Positions 55,662-64,000 of a DNA stretch of 64,000 nucleotides are shown in pieces. Every line of letters starts with the position of its first letter. Positions within the stretch are counted from its first letter, which is position 1. The notes under the pieces were generated by a model. That model searched no databases and was not told the DNA's origin. It saw only the letters and a program-made list of their open reading frames with translations. Source of the DNA: Alphaproteobacteria bacterium (GTDB lineage: Bacteria > Pseudomonadota > Alphaproteobacteria > CACIAM-22H2); NCBI GenBank assembly GCA_965279355.1, contig OZ257155.1:4616874-4680873 (forward strand), in the 5' to 3' direction. The translations under genes were made by a program, and so were the position numbers.

Positions 55662-57767
55662 TCAGATCGTGCCAATCGTCTTGATACGAGCCTTGGGATA
55701 GATCTCGTTCTGCGACATCACGGTGGTAACCGGCCGGAAGCGCTCGACGATGGAGCGAACGAACGGACGGATCATCGGGCTGGTCAGCAGGACCGGGGTC
55801 TCTCCCATCATCGCGAAACGCTCGAAGGTCTGGCGGACCTTGGCGATGAATTCCTGCAGGCGGCTCGGCGCCATCGAAAGCTGGCGATCCTCGCCCTGGC
55901 CGACGATGGATTCCGCGAAGGCCTGTTCCCATTCCGGCGACAGGGTGACGAGCGGGATGACGCCGTCGCCGCCGACATTGGTGTCGCAGAGCTGCCGGCC
56001 GAGACGGGCGCGAACGTGTTCGGTGATCGCCGTGAGATTGCGGGTATGGGTGACGGCTTCGGCGATCGCTTCCAGAATCGTCGGCAGGTCGCGGATCGAG
56101 ACGCGCTCGCCCAGCAGGTTCTGCAGCACGCGCTGGATGCCGCCGACCGAGATCTGGCCGGGCACGATGTCGGAAATGAGCTTCTGGTGGGTCTTGCCGA
56201 CTTCGTCGAGCAGCTTCTGGGTCTCGCTGTACGAGAGCATCTCGGACATGTTGTCCTTGATGACCTCGGTGAGGTGCGTGGTGATGATCGTCGGCGGATC
56301 GACGACTGTGTAGCCCTTGAAGAGGGCCTCTTCGCGGTGGCCCTCGTCGACCCACATCGCGGGCAGTCCGAAGGTCGGTTCCTTGGTCGCTTCGCCAGGC
56401 AGCGCGATCTGTTCGCCGCGGGGGTCCATGACGAGAAGATGCGCCGGCTGCAGGTCGCCGCGGCCCGCCACGATCTCTTTCACGCGGATCACATAGTTGT
56501 TCGACGGCAGCTGGATGTTGTCCTGGATGCGCACCGACGGCATCACGAAGCCCATGTCGGAGGCAATCTGGCGCCGCAGGGCCTTGATCTGATCCGTCAG
56601 TTTGGGACCGCGATCGGAGTTGATCATCGGCAGCAGGCCGTAGCCGAGTTCGAGGCGAAGGGTATCGATGTGAAGGGCGGTGGAGATCGGTTCGTCGGCG
56701 GCCGCCACGGGCGGTGGCGCTGCGGCGGCGACCGCCTCTTCCACCTCGGCCTCGGCCTGGCGCTTCTGGGTCAGATAGGCGCCGCCGCCGGTGATGCCGG
56801 CAAGAACGAGGAACGGCAGCATCGGCAGGCCCGGCGTCAGCGACATCAGGGCAAGCAGGACGCTCGCCATGCCAAGGGCCTTGGGATAGCCGCCGAGCTG
56901 GGCGAAGAGGGCCTTGTCCGTCGAGCCTTCGACGCCGGCCTTGGTGACCAGCAGGCCGGCGGCCGTTGAGACGATGAGGGCGGGGATCTGGGTGACCAGA
57001 CCGTCGCCAACGGTCAGCAGCGTGTAGTTCTGCGCCGCCTGGGCGAACGACAGGCCATGCTGCATCGTGCCGATGATTATGCCGGCGACGATGTTGATGA
57101 AGACGATCAGCAGGCCGGCGACGGCGTCGCCGCGAACGAACTTGGACGCACCGTCCATCGACCCGAAGAACGAGCTTTCGTCTTCCAGTTCCTGACGGCG
57201 CTTGCGCGCGACCTTTTCGTCGATCAGTCCGGCGGACAGATCGGCGTCGATGGCCATTTGCTTGCCGGGCATCGCATCCAGGCTGAAGCGCGCCGCGACT
57301 TCGGCGATACGGCCGGAACCCTTGGTGATGACGATGAAGTTCACGATGACGAGGATCGCGAATACGATCACGCCGATCACGAAACTGCCGCCCATGACGA
57401 GATTGCCGAAGGCCTGAATGACCTGGCCGGCGGCGGCGGGGCCTTCGTTGCCGTGGCTGAGGATAAGGCGCGTGGTGGCGAGGTTCAGCGCCAGCCGCAG
57501 CATTGTCGTCATCAGCAGGACGGTGGGGAAGGAGCTGAAATCCAGCGGCTTCTGAATGAACAAGCCGACCAGCAGAATGAGGATCGAAAGCGTGATCGAG
57601 ATCGCGAGCAGAATGTCGATGACCCACGCCGGCATCGGCAGGAGCAGGACGAGCATGATGCCGATGACGCCGACGGCCAGCGCGACGTCACCATGGCGCA
57701 TGGCCGCGGTGAAGCGCTGGAGGATGGTCGGGCCACCGCCGGCAGTCGTGACAGTCGTTTCAGCCAT
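55662..57767 (-). CDS. flhA: flagellar type III export gate protein
   Basis: 701 aa. FVRGDAVAGLLI motif and an FHIPEP-family pattern. Confidence 0.97.
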   Translation of the reverse strand: MAETTVTTAGGGPTILQRFTAAMRHGDVALAVGVIGIMLVLLLPMPAWVIDILLAISITLSILILLVGLFIQKPLDFSSFPTVLLMTTMLRLALNLATTRLILSHGNEGPAAAGQVIQAFGNLVMGGSFVIGVIVFAILVIVNFIVITKGSGRIAEVAARFSLDAMPGKQMAIDADLSAGLIDEKVARKRRQELEDESSFFGSMDGASKFVRGDAVAGLLIVFINIVAGIIIGTMQHGLSFAQAAQNYTLLTVGDGLVTQIPALIVSTAAGLLVTKAGVEGSTDKALFAQLGGYPKALGMASVLLALMSLTPGLPMLPFLVLAGITGGGAYLTQKRQAEAEVEEAVAAAAPPPVAAADEPISTALHIDTLRLELGYGLLPMINSDRGPKLTDQIKALRRQIASDMGFVMPSVRIQDNIQLPSNNYVIRVKEIVAGRGDLQPAHLLVMDPRGEQIALPGEATKEPTFGLPAMWVDEGHREEALFKGYTVVDPPTIITTHLTEVIKDNMSEMLSYSETQKLLDEVGKTHQKLISDIVPGQISVGGIQRVLQNLLGERVSIRDLPTILEAIAEAVTHTRNLTAITEHVRARLGRQLCDTNVGGDGVIPLVTLSPEWEQAFAESIVGQGEDRQLSMAPSRLQEFIAKVRQTFERFAMMGETPVLLTSPMIRPFVRSIVERFRPVTTVMSQNEIYPKARIKTIGTI

Positions 57768-57796
57768 GCCCCAAGGGGTCCTAAAGCAAGATCAGA

Positions 57797-59152
<1,356 letters not shown>

Positions 59153-59214
59153 CGTACTATCCCGAACTCGTGTGTTGGCTGACGTTCAGCCGTCGTTCTG
59201 CTTCGCCTTGACGA

Positions 59215-59541
59215 TCAGGTGCGGTCGACCTTGACGATTTCCGTCATGGTCACGCCCAGCCGCTCATCCACGACAACGACTTCGCCGCGCGCGACGAGGC
59301 GGTTGTTGACGTAGATGTCGATCGCCTCGCCGACCTTGCGGTCGAGTTCGACGACGGCGCCGCGGCCGAGTTTCAGCAGCTGGCTGACCTGCATGGTCGC
59401 CTTGCCGAGCACGGCGGAGACTTGCACCGGAATATCGTAGACCGCTTCGAGTTCCTTGGCGGTCTTCATCGGCTTGCCGGATTCGGCTTCGACCATGCCT
59501 GACTGGCCGTCGATCTCGCCGAGATTCATGTTGTCTGACAT
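59215..59541 (-). CDS. fliN: flagellar motor switch protein FliN
   Basis: SpoA-type C-terminus VELDRKVGEAIDIYVNNRLVARGEVVVVDERLGV. Confidence 0.9.
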   Translation of the reverse strand: MSDNMNLGEIDGQSGMVEAESGKPMKTAKELEAVYDIPVQVSAVLGKATMQVSQLLKLGRGAVVELDRKVGEAIDIYVNNRLVARGEVVVVDERLGVTMTEIVKVDRT

Positions 59542-59565
59542 CGGAAACTCCTGGGGCTGGAGGGA

Positions 59566-60195
59566 TTACTTGGACTGGTCGGAGGCAGTGAAACGCTCAA
59601 TGATCGCATCAATTTCCTGCCAGATCTGATCGATATGGCGTTCGGTGCCGCCGTTCGCCCATTCGACGCCGGCATCGGCGGTGGACAGGGCGGGGTCGGC
59701 AACGGCGGCGACGCGGCCGGAAAAACCGGTGGCGCCGGCCAGGGCATCGAAACGCTGGCGGAAGGTCTCGACATGGGCCTCGTTGAGACGAACGATGATC
59801 TTCGGCTCGTCGTGCAGGCGGCCCAGGCAGTCGGCGATGAGCGCCTCGATCTCCGACACTTCTTCGCGGCGGGAGAGGGCGGGCAGCAGCTTGCGCATCA
59901 TGGTGACCGCCGCCATGACGGATGTCTGCATCTGCTCGGTGCGGTGCTGCTCGATCTGGGCGATCATCTTGACGATATTGGCGGAGATCTTCTCGAACGC
60001 CATTGTGGCGCGCATCTCCGCGTCCTTGGATGCGTCGGCGGTGCCGGCCTTGTGGCCCTCGGCGAACGCCTTCGCTTTTTCGGCCTCCATCTCCGCTGCA
60101 GTGAAGTTGCGGCGGACGATCGGCCGCGCGGGCGCGGTCGACGAACCCTTGGCGTCGAAGGAGGTTTCAAAGAGGAATTTGCTGATCGCGGGCAT
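59566..60195 (-). CDS. fliH: FliH/FlbE-like flagellar assembly protein
   Basis: Position between fliG and fliN. Central coiled coil. C-terminal DAGVEWANGGTERH pattern. Confidence 0.65.
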   Translation of the reverse strand: MPAISKFLFETSFDAKGSSTAPARPIVRRNFTAAEMEAEKAKAFAEGHKAGTADASKDAEMRATMAFEKISANIVKMIAQIEQHRTEQMQTSVMAAVTMMRKLLPALSRREEVSEIEALIADCLGRLHDEPKIIVRLNEAHVETFRQRFDALAGATGFSGRVAAVADPALSTADAGVEWANGGTERHIDQIWQEIDAIIERFTASDQSK

Positions 60196-60208
60196 GGTCC
60201 GGGTCGCC

Positions 60209-61228
60209 TTAATAGATCAGTTCGTCTTCGCCGCCGCGCTTGTCGGCGATGACGATCTCGTCTTTCGCCGCCAGGTCCTTGGCCAGCGTCACCATATACA
60301 TCTGCGCTTCGTCCACGTCGCGCAACCGCACCGGGCCCAGCCCGTGGATTTCCTCGCGCAGGATCTTGCCGGCGCGCTCGGACATGTTCGAGAAGAACAG
60401 GTCGCGCAGCGGCTCCGAGGCGCCCTTGAGGCAGATGGCCATCTTGGACTTGTCGACGTTACGCATGAGGGTCTGGACGCTGCCGGGGTCGAGGCGGCCG
60501 AGATCCTCGAAGGTGAACATCAGCGCCTTGATCTTTTCGGCTGAGTCGCGGTTCCGCTCTTCAAGGGCCGACATGAAGCGGCCTTCGGTGCCGCGGTCGA
60601 GACCGCTGAAGATTTCGGACATCGCCTCGTGCGAATCCCGGCGCGTCGTGCGGGCGAGGTTGCTCATGAACTCGGAGCGCAGGGTGCGCTCGACGTCGTC
60701 CAGGACCTCTTTCTGCACGGATTCCATCCGCAACATGCGCATGACGACTTCCATCGCAAAGGCTTCCGGAAGCTGACTGAGGACTCGACCGGCGTGCTCG
60801 GACTTGATCTTGGATAATACCACTGCAACGGTCTGGGGGTATTCGTTCTTAAGGAAGTTGGCCAGGACGCTTTCGTTCACGTTGGCAAGCTTGTCCCACA
60901 TGGTCCGGCCGGCGGGGCCCCGGATTTCCTCCATGATGCCGTCGACGCGTTCCTTGCCCAGCACCTTCTCCAGCAGACGCTCTGTCGAATCGAAGGTGCC
61001 GACCAGCGATCCCGTGGAGGAGATCTGGTCGGCGAACTCGACGAACAGGCGCTCGACGATGGAGGAGTGGACCGTGCCCAGGTTGGACATGGTCTGGGAG
61101 ACTTCCCTGATCTCCTCGTCGTCCATGAGCGCGAAGAGCTTGGCTGCGTGATCCTCGCCGACGGACAGCATCATGATGGCCGCCTTCTCGGGACCGGTCA
61201 GCGTTCGATAGTCTTCGCGGACGCGCAT
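60209..61228 (-). CDS. fliG: flagellar motor switch protein FliG
   Basis: 339 aa. [19 protein letters not shown] and C-terminal torque-helix region. Confidence 0.95.
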   Translation of the reverse strand: MRVREDYRTLTGPEKAAIMMLSVGEDHAAKLFALMDDEEIREVSQTMSNLGTVHSSIVERLFVEFADQISSTGSLVGTFDSTERLLEKVLGKERVDGIMEEIRGPAGRTMWDKLANVNESVLANFLKNEYPQTVAVVLSKIKSEHAGRVLSQLPEAFAMEVVMRMLRMESVQKEVLDDVERTLRSEFMSNLARTTRRDSHEAMSEIFSGLDRGTEGRFMSALEERNRDSAEKIKALMFTFEDLGRLDPGSVQTLMRNVDKSKMAICLKGASEPLRDLFFSNMSERAGKILREEIHGLGPVRLRDVDEAQMYMVTLAKDLAAKDEIVIADKRGGEDELIY

Positions 61229-61263
61229 GGTTCAGTTTCCGGTCGATGCCCTTATTCGGGGCA

Positions 61264-62931
61264 TCAGCCTTCCTGGTACATCCATGTGCGGAGGATGGCG
61301 ACGGCCTCGTCAGGATGCTTCTCGACGATTTCGCCGATCTTCTTCATCGAGGAGGCCTTCACGCGGCCTTCCACGCGGGCCAGATCGATGAGGTCGTCGG
61401 CGCTGACCTGGTTCTGACGCGGCACGCCAAGGAGCGGATCGATGGCGCCGGGGGCGGCGAGGGCCTGCGGACCGTCCATTGCGCCATCCACGCCCGGACC
61501 GGACAGCTGCATCTGCGGCGGCGGCGGCGGAGGGGCGAAGATGTAGCGGATCAGCGGACGGGCGACCAACAGGATCACGAGGATCGCGACGATCGCCAGC
61601 ACCATGATCTCGGCGAGGCGGAAATAGTCCTGCTTGGCGAAAGCGATGCCGAGGAAGCCGTCTTCCACCGGCAGCTGATCGGTGAGATCGGCGACGACGA
61701 ACGGCATGTTCACGACTTCCAGAGAGTCGCCGCGCTGCTGGTTGAAGCCCATCGCCGAGCGGACGACGGTCGTCAGGCGCTGCATCTCTTCCTGGGAGCG
61801 GGGATTGTACGTTTTCTGGCCGTCCGGGCCGCTGCCCGTGGTGCCATCGACGATGACGGCAACCGACAGACGGCGGACATAGCCGGCTTCGCGAACCTGG
61901 TTGCGGACCGTCTTGGTGATTTCGTAGTTGACGGTTTCCTCGCTGCGGGTCGAGCGCGAGGCGTTGCGGCCGGCGGCGTTGCCAGAGTCCGCATCCGGCA
62001 GGTTGTTCTGCACCGTGACGGCCGAACTGCTGGACGCTTCGCTCGAATCAGCGTTCTCGGTCACGGTCTGGGTCGAGCGGACGACCTGGCCGTCCGGGTC
62101 GAAGCTCTCGGTATTGGTGATGACGCGGTCGAAATCGATATCCGCGTTCACTTCGGCGCGCACCTTCCCGGGGCCGACGGAACGCTCCAGCAGCTCTTCG
62201 ATCTGGCGGGACAGGCGCTGCTCGTAGGTTTCGCGCATTTCCGTCGAGGTCGCGGCCTGGGCCTGCGGATCGTCATCGCTCTTGGCGCCGCGGGCGAGCA
62301 GGGTGCCCTTGTCGTCGATGATCGACACGCGGTTGGGCTTCATGCCGGGAACGGCGCCGGCGACGAGGTTCTGGATGGCCTGGACCTGGCCGCGCGGGAG
62401 GCGCGAGGTGTCGCGGATCTTGACCACGACCGATGCCGTCGGTTCCTGGCGCTCGCGGCTGAAGATGTCGCGGCGGGGCAGAACGAGGTGGACGCGGGCG
62501 GCCGAGACGGGGCCCAGCGAGGCGACGGTGCGGGCGAGTTCGCCTTCGAGGGCGCGGACCAGGTTGAGGCTCTGGACGAAATTGGTGGCGCCGATGGTGT
62601 CGCCCTTGTCGAACAGCTCGTAGCCGACCGAGCCGCCCTTGCCGATGCCCTGTTCGGCGAACTGCATGCGCATCGCCAGGACCTTGTCCTGCGGGATCCA
62701 GATCTGGGAGCCGCCGGAGCGGACTTCGTAGGGGACGTTCTGGGTCTGGAGCCGGGCGATGATCTGGCCGGAATCCTGGGCGCCCAGCTCGCCGAACAGC
62801 ATGCCCATCGGGGGCGCGGTCAGGCGGGAGGAGAAGAAGATAAAGAAGCCGACCAGACCCAGCGCCACCGCGCCAAGCATTGCGACCTTGACCGGCCCGA
62901 TGCGCCGCAGATTTTCGAGCAGTTCGCCCAC
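61264..62931 (-). CDS. fliF: flagellar MS-ring protein FliF
   Basis: 555 aa with N- and C-terminal TM helices and a YscJ/FliF family pattern. GTG start. Confidence 0.95.
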   Translation of the reverse strand: MGELLENLRRIGPVKVAMLGAVALGLVGFFIFFSSRLTAPPMGMLFGELGAQDSGQIIARLQTQNVPYEVRSGGSQIWIPQDKVLAMRMQFAEQGIGKGGSVGYELFDKGDTIGATNFVQSLNLVRALEGELARTVASLGPVSAARVHLVLPRRDIFSRERQEPTASVVVKIRDTSRLPRGQVQAIQNLVAGAVPGMKPNRVSIIDDKGTLLARGAKSDDDPQAQAATSTEMRETYEQRLSRQIEELLERSVGPGKVRAEVNADIDFDRVITNTESFDPDGQVVRSTQTVTENADSSEASSSSAVTVQNNLPDADSGNAAGRNASRSTRSEETVNYEITKTVRNQVREAGYVRRLSVAVIVDGTTGSGPDGQKTYNPRSQEEMQRLTTVVRSAMGFNQQRGDSLEVVNMPFVVADLTDQLPVEDGFLGIAFAKQDYFRLAEIMVLAIVAILVILLVARPLIRYIFAPPPPPPQMQLSGPGVDGAMDGPQALAAPGAIDPLLGVPRQNQVSADDLIDLARVEGRVKASSMKKIGEIVEKHPDEAVAILRTWMYQEG

Positions 62932-62973
62932 GTTCTTTACCCCGGTTGATAACCAGCCAACTATCCGGGGACC

Positions 62974-62985
62974 ATTAAGGTTAAC
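62974..62985 (-). promoter_or_regulatory. GTTAACCTTAAT 12-mer (CtrA half-site-like) 43-54 nt upstream of the fliF start
   Basis: Identical to 48626-48637. Confidence 0.4.
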
Positions 62986-63043
62986 CCGGAGCTTTTTAGC
63001 GGAATTATCCTAAAACGCGGGGGGTGAACGAATAGTTAAACGA

Positions 63044-63080
63044 CGGCAGTTTTTGCCGGGTGACCCGGCAAAATTTGCCG
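63044..63080. promoter_or_regulatory. two CGGCA-N5-TGCCG dyads, 22 bp centre to centre (candidate FlbD/NtrC-type enhancer or repressor sites)
   Basis: 63044-63058 is CGGCAgttttTGCCG. 63066-63080 is CGGCAaaattTGCCG. Confidence 0.4.
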
Positions 63081-63135
63081 AGTGGGTTTCAAAAGAGGGG
63101 TCTCTGGAGCCCGCCTGGGGCCCCGGGAGAGGCGG

Positions 63136-63474
63136 TCAGCCGGCGGGCTGGGTCTCGGCGCGATAGTCCTGCAACCGTGTGGCGCGCAGGCCACGCAGAC
63201 CGTGACGCTCGATCAGGCGCTGCCACGACAGGAACTCCTCGACCGAGAGGTGGTAGCGAGCGCAAGCCTCTTCGAGGCTGAGCACGCCGGCCCGTACCGC
63301 CGAAACCACCGCCGCCTTGCGCCGGATGACCCAGCGCTTGGTGTTTGAGGGCGGCAGGGAAGCGGTCGCCGCTGCCATGCTCCGGTTCTCCTGCGTCCGC
63401 GGCGCGGGGCCGGCGAGCTGGGGCGAAACGGGGCGGGGGGCAGTCAGGGGGCGAATCACTGTCATGGGTGCCAT
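63136..63474 (-). CDS. sciP: SciP-type small CtrA-inhibitory HTH protein (DUF1153)
   Basis: KRWVIRRKAAVVSAVRAGVLSLEEACARYHLSVEEFLSWQRLIERHGLRGLRATRLQDYR. The start is uncertain; alternative ATGs lie at 63465 and 63378. Confidence 0.8.
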   Translation of the reverse strand: MAPMTVIRPLTAPRPVSPQLAGPAPRTQENRSMAAATASLPPSNTKRWVIRRKAAVVSAVRAGVLSLEEACARYHLSVEEFLSWQRLIERHGLRGLRATRLQDYRAETQPAG

Positions 63475-63490
63475 GGTAAACAGCCTCAGC

Positions 63491-63505
63491 TTAAAGATTC
63501 CTAAA
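63491..63505. promoter_or_regulatory. TTAA-N7-TAAA, a one-mismatch CtrA-box-like site upstream of sciP
   Basis: ttaaAGATTCCtaaa. It is only plausibly promoter-located if sciP starts at 63378. Confidence 0.25.
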
Positions 63506-63532
63506 TCCCGGGCGTTCTTTTTGGCCGGAAAT

Positions 63533-64000
63533 TCAACGCAGTAGGTCCCGCACGACGGTGCTCATTTCGTCGGCCGTGCGGACCACGGTCGCGGCCGAGC
63601 TGTAGGCCCGCTGGGTAACGATCATGCTTGCCAGGTTGTCGGCGAGATCGACGTTCGATTCCTCGAGCGCGCCGATGTTCAGTTCCGAGAATTCGTCGCC
63701 GGGAAAGCGCAGTTCGGGAACTCCGGAGCCCGTGGATTCCAGGAACATGGTTCCGTTCACCGCCTCGAGCACGTCGGGATTGATGAAGGCGGCGACCGGC
63801 AGGCGATACAGGACCTGCGAGGCACCGCCGGCATAGTTGCCGACCACAGTGCCGTCGGACTGGATGCTGAAGCCTTCGAACGCGCCGGACTCGATGCCGT
63901 CATGCGTGTAGTCGATCTGCACCGTGGACTGGCCCAGCATCGCGACGTCGCTCATATCCAGAGCAAACGTCGATGTAACCGGCGGGACCGACGTATCTGA
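63533..64000 (-). CDS. flagellar hook/rod-family protein, C-terminal part (gene continues beyond the window)
   Basis: C-terminus GALEESNVDLADNLASMIVTQRAYSSAATVVRTADEM, typical of FlgE/FlgG-family proteins. Confidence 0.7.
   Translation of the reverse strand, partial: SDTSVPPVTSTFALDMSDVAMLGQSTVQIDYTHDGIESGAFEGFSIQSDGTVVGNYAGGASQVLYRLPVAAFINPDVLEAVNGTMFLESTGSGVPELRFPGDEFSELNIGALEESNVDLADNLASMIVTQRAYSSAATVVRTADEMSTVVRDLLR

Noticed and set aside
55434-57627. Long alternative-frame and antisense ORFs within flhF/flhA (55434-56969 plus strand; 55489-57627 minus strand)
   Set aside because: They overlap the highly conserved flhA and flhF frames. Their products are low-complexity Arg/Pro/Gly-rich sequences.
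61246-62949. 567-aa plus-strand ORF opposite fliF. Similar cases lie opposite fliI (48728-50188), the multicopper oxidase (9855-11072), moaA (23922-25097), the Mo/W SBP genes (31674-33098, 33813-35033) and fdhD (36140-37243).
   Set aside because: All are antisense shadows of confidently identified genes in a high-GC genome. None carries a recognisable motif.
63050-63072. Hairpin TTTTGCCGGG-TGA-CCCGGCAAAA as a rho-independent terminator of sciP
   Set aside because: On the sciP (minus) strand the stem is followed by ACTGCC rather than a U-tract. The hairpin arises from the inner arms of two CGGCA-N5-TGCCG dyads, which I consider the more informative description. A terminator role is not excluded.

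Overview
High-GC alphaproteobacterial chromosomal segment. ctrA, chpT, sciP and flbD are alphaproteobacterial hallmarks; I cannot assign a species. No rRNA, tRNA, CRISPR array, transposase or integrase was recognised. Layout, left to right: (1) a translationally coupled pair of membrane GTPases. (2) A MarR-linked module (MetE-like protein, MFS transporter, alpha/beta hydrolase, gentisate-dioxygenase-like cupin) with the same 15-nt palindromic motif in two promoters. (3) A copper island: an eight-gene minus-strand operon (multicopper oxidase, TolC-like lipoprotein, cupredoxin, CusF-like protein, small unknowns) divergent from a P1B-ATPase, with two back-to-back CueR/MerR-type promoters. (4) Housekeeping and amino-acid-type genes (AstE-like, amidohydrolase, ArgE, orphan peptide SBP, PPK2, YjbR, NadK, TauE). 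(5) A large molybdenum/tungsten/formate block: moaA, a 711-aa poly-ferredoxin, an HTH+PBP-like regulator overlapping a TPR-PRMT-like methyltransferase, a nine-gene Mo/W uptake operon with three transporter modules, fdhD-mobA-DUF3305-DUF3306, a Tat-exported Cys-type formate dehydrogenase operon, and a periplasmic WD40 propeller. (6) A cell-cycle and flagellar block: cytochrome c, chpT, a His-less HPt-like gene, ctrA, fliI-fliJ, a TPR-2OG-oxygenase, and a Caulobacter-like minus-strand gene row fliF-fliG-fliH(flbE)-fliN-flbD-flhA-flhF-flhG-fliK-like (intergenic gaps are 13 to 35 nt and flhF/flhG overlap; co-transcription is inferred), then sciP and the 3' end of a hook/rod gene. Candidates I consider most worth follow-up: the regulator/TPR-PRMT pair, the BtuCD-type importer apparently recruited to Mo/W uptake, the TPR-2OG-oxygenase abutting a proline-rich FliK-like gene, the His-less HPt between chpT and ctrA, and several conserved DNA motifs in the ctrA, fliF, FDH and Mo/W promoters. 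All functional calls rest on motif recognition by eye; no database search was run.
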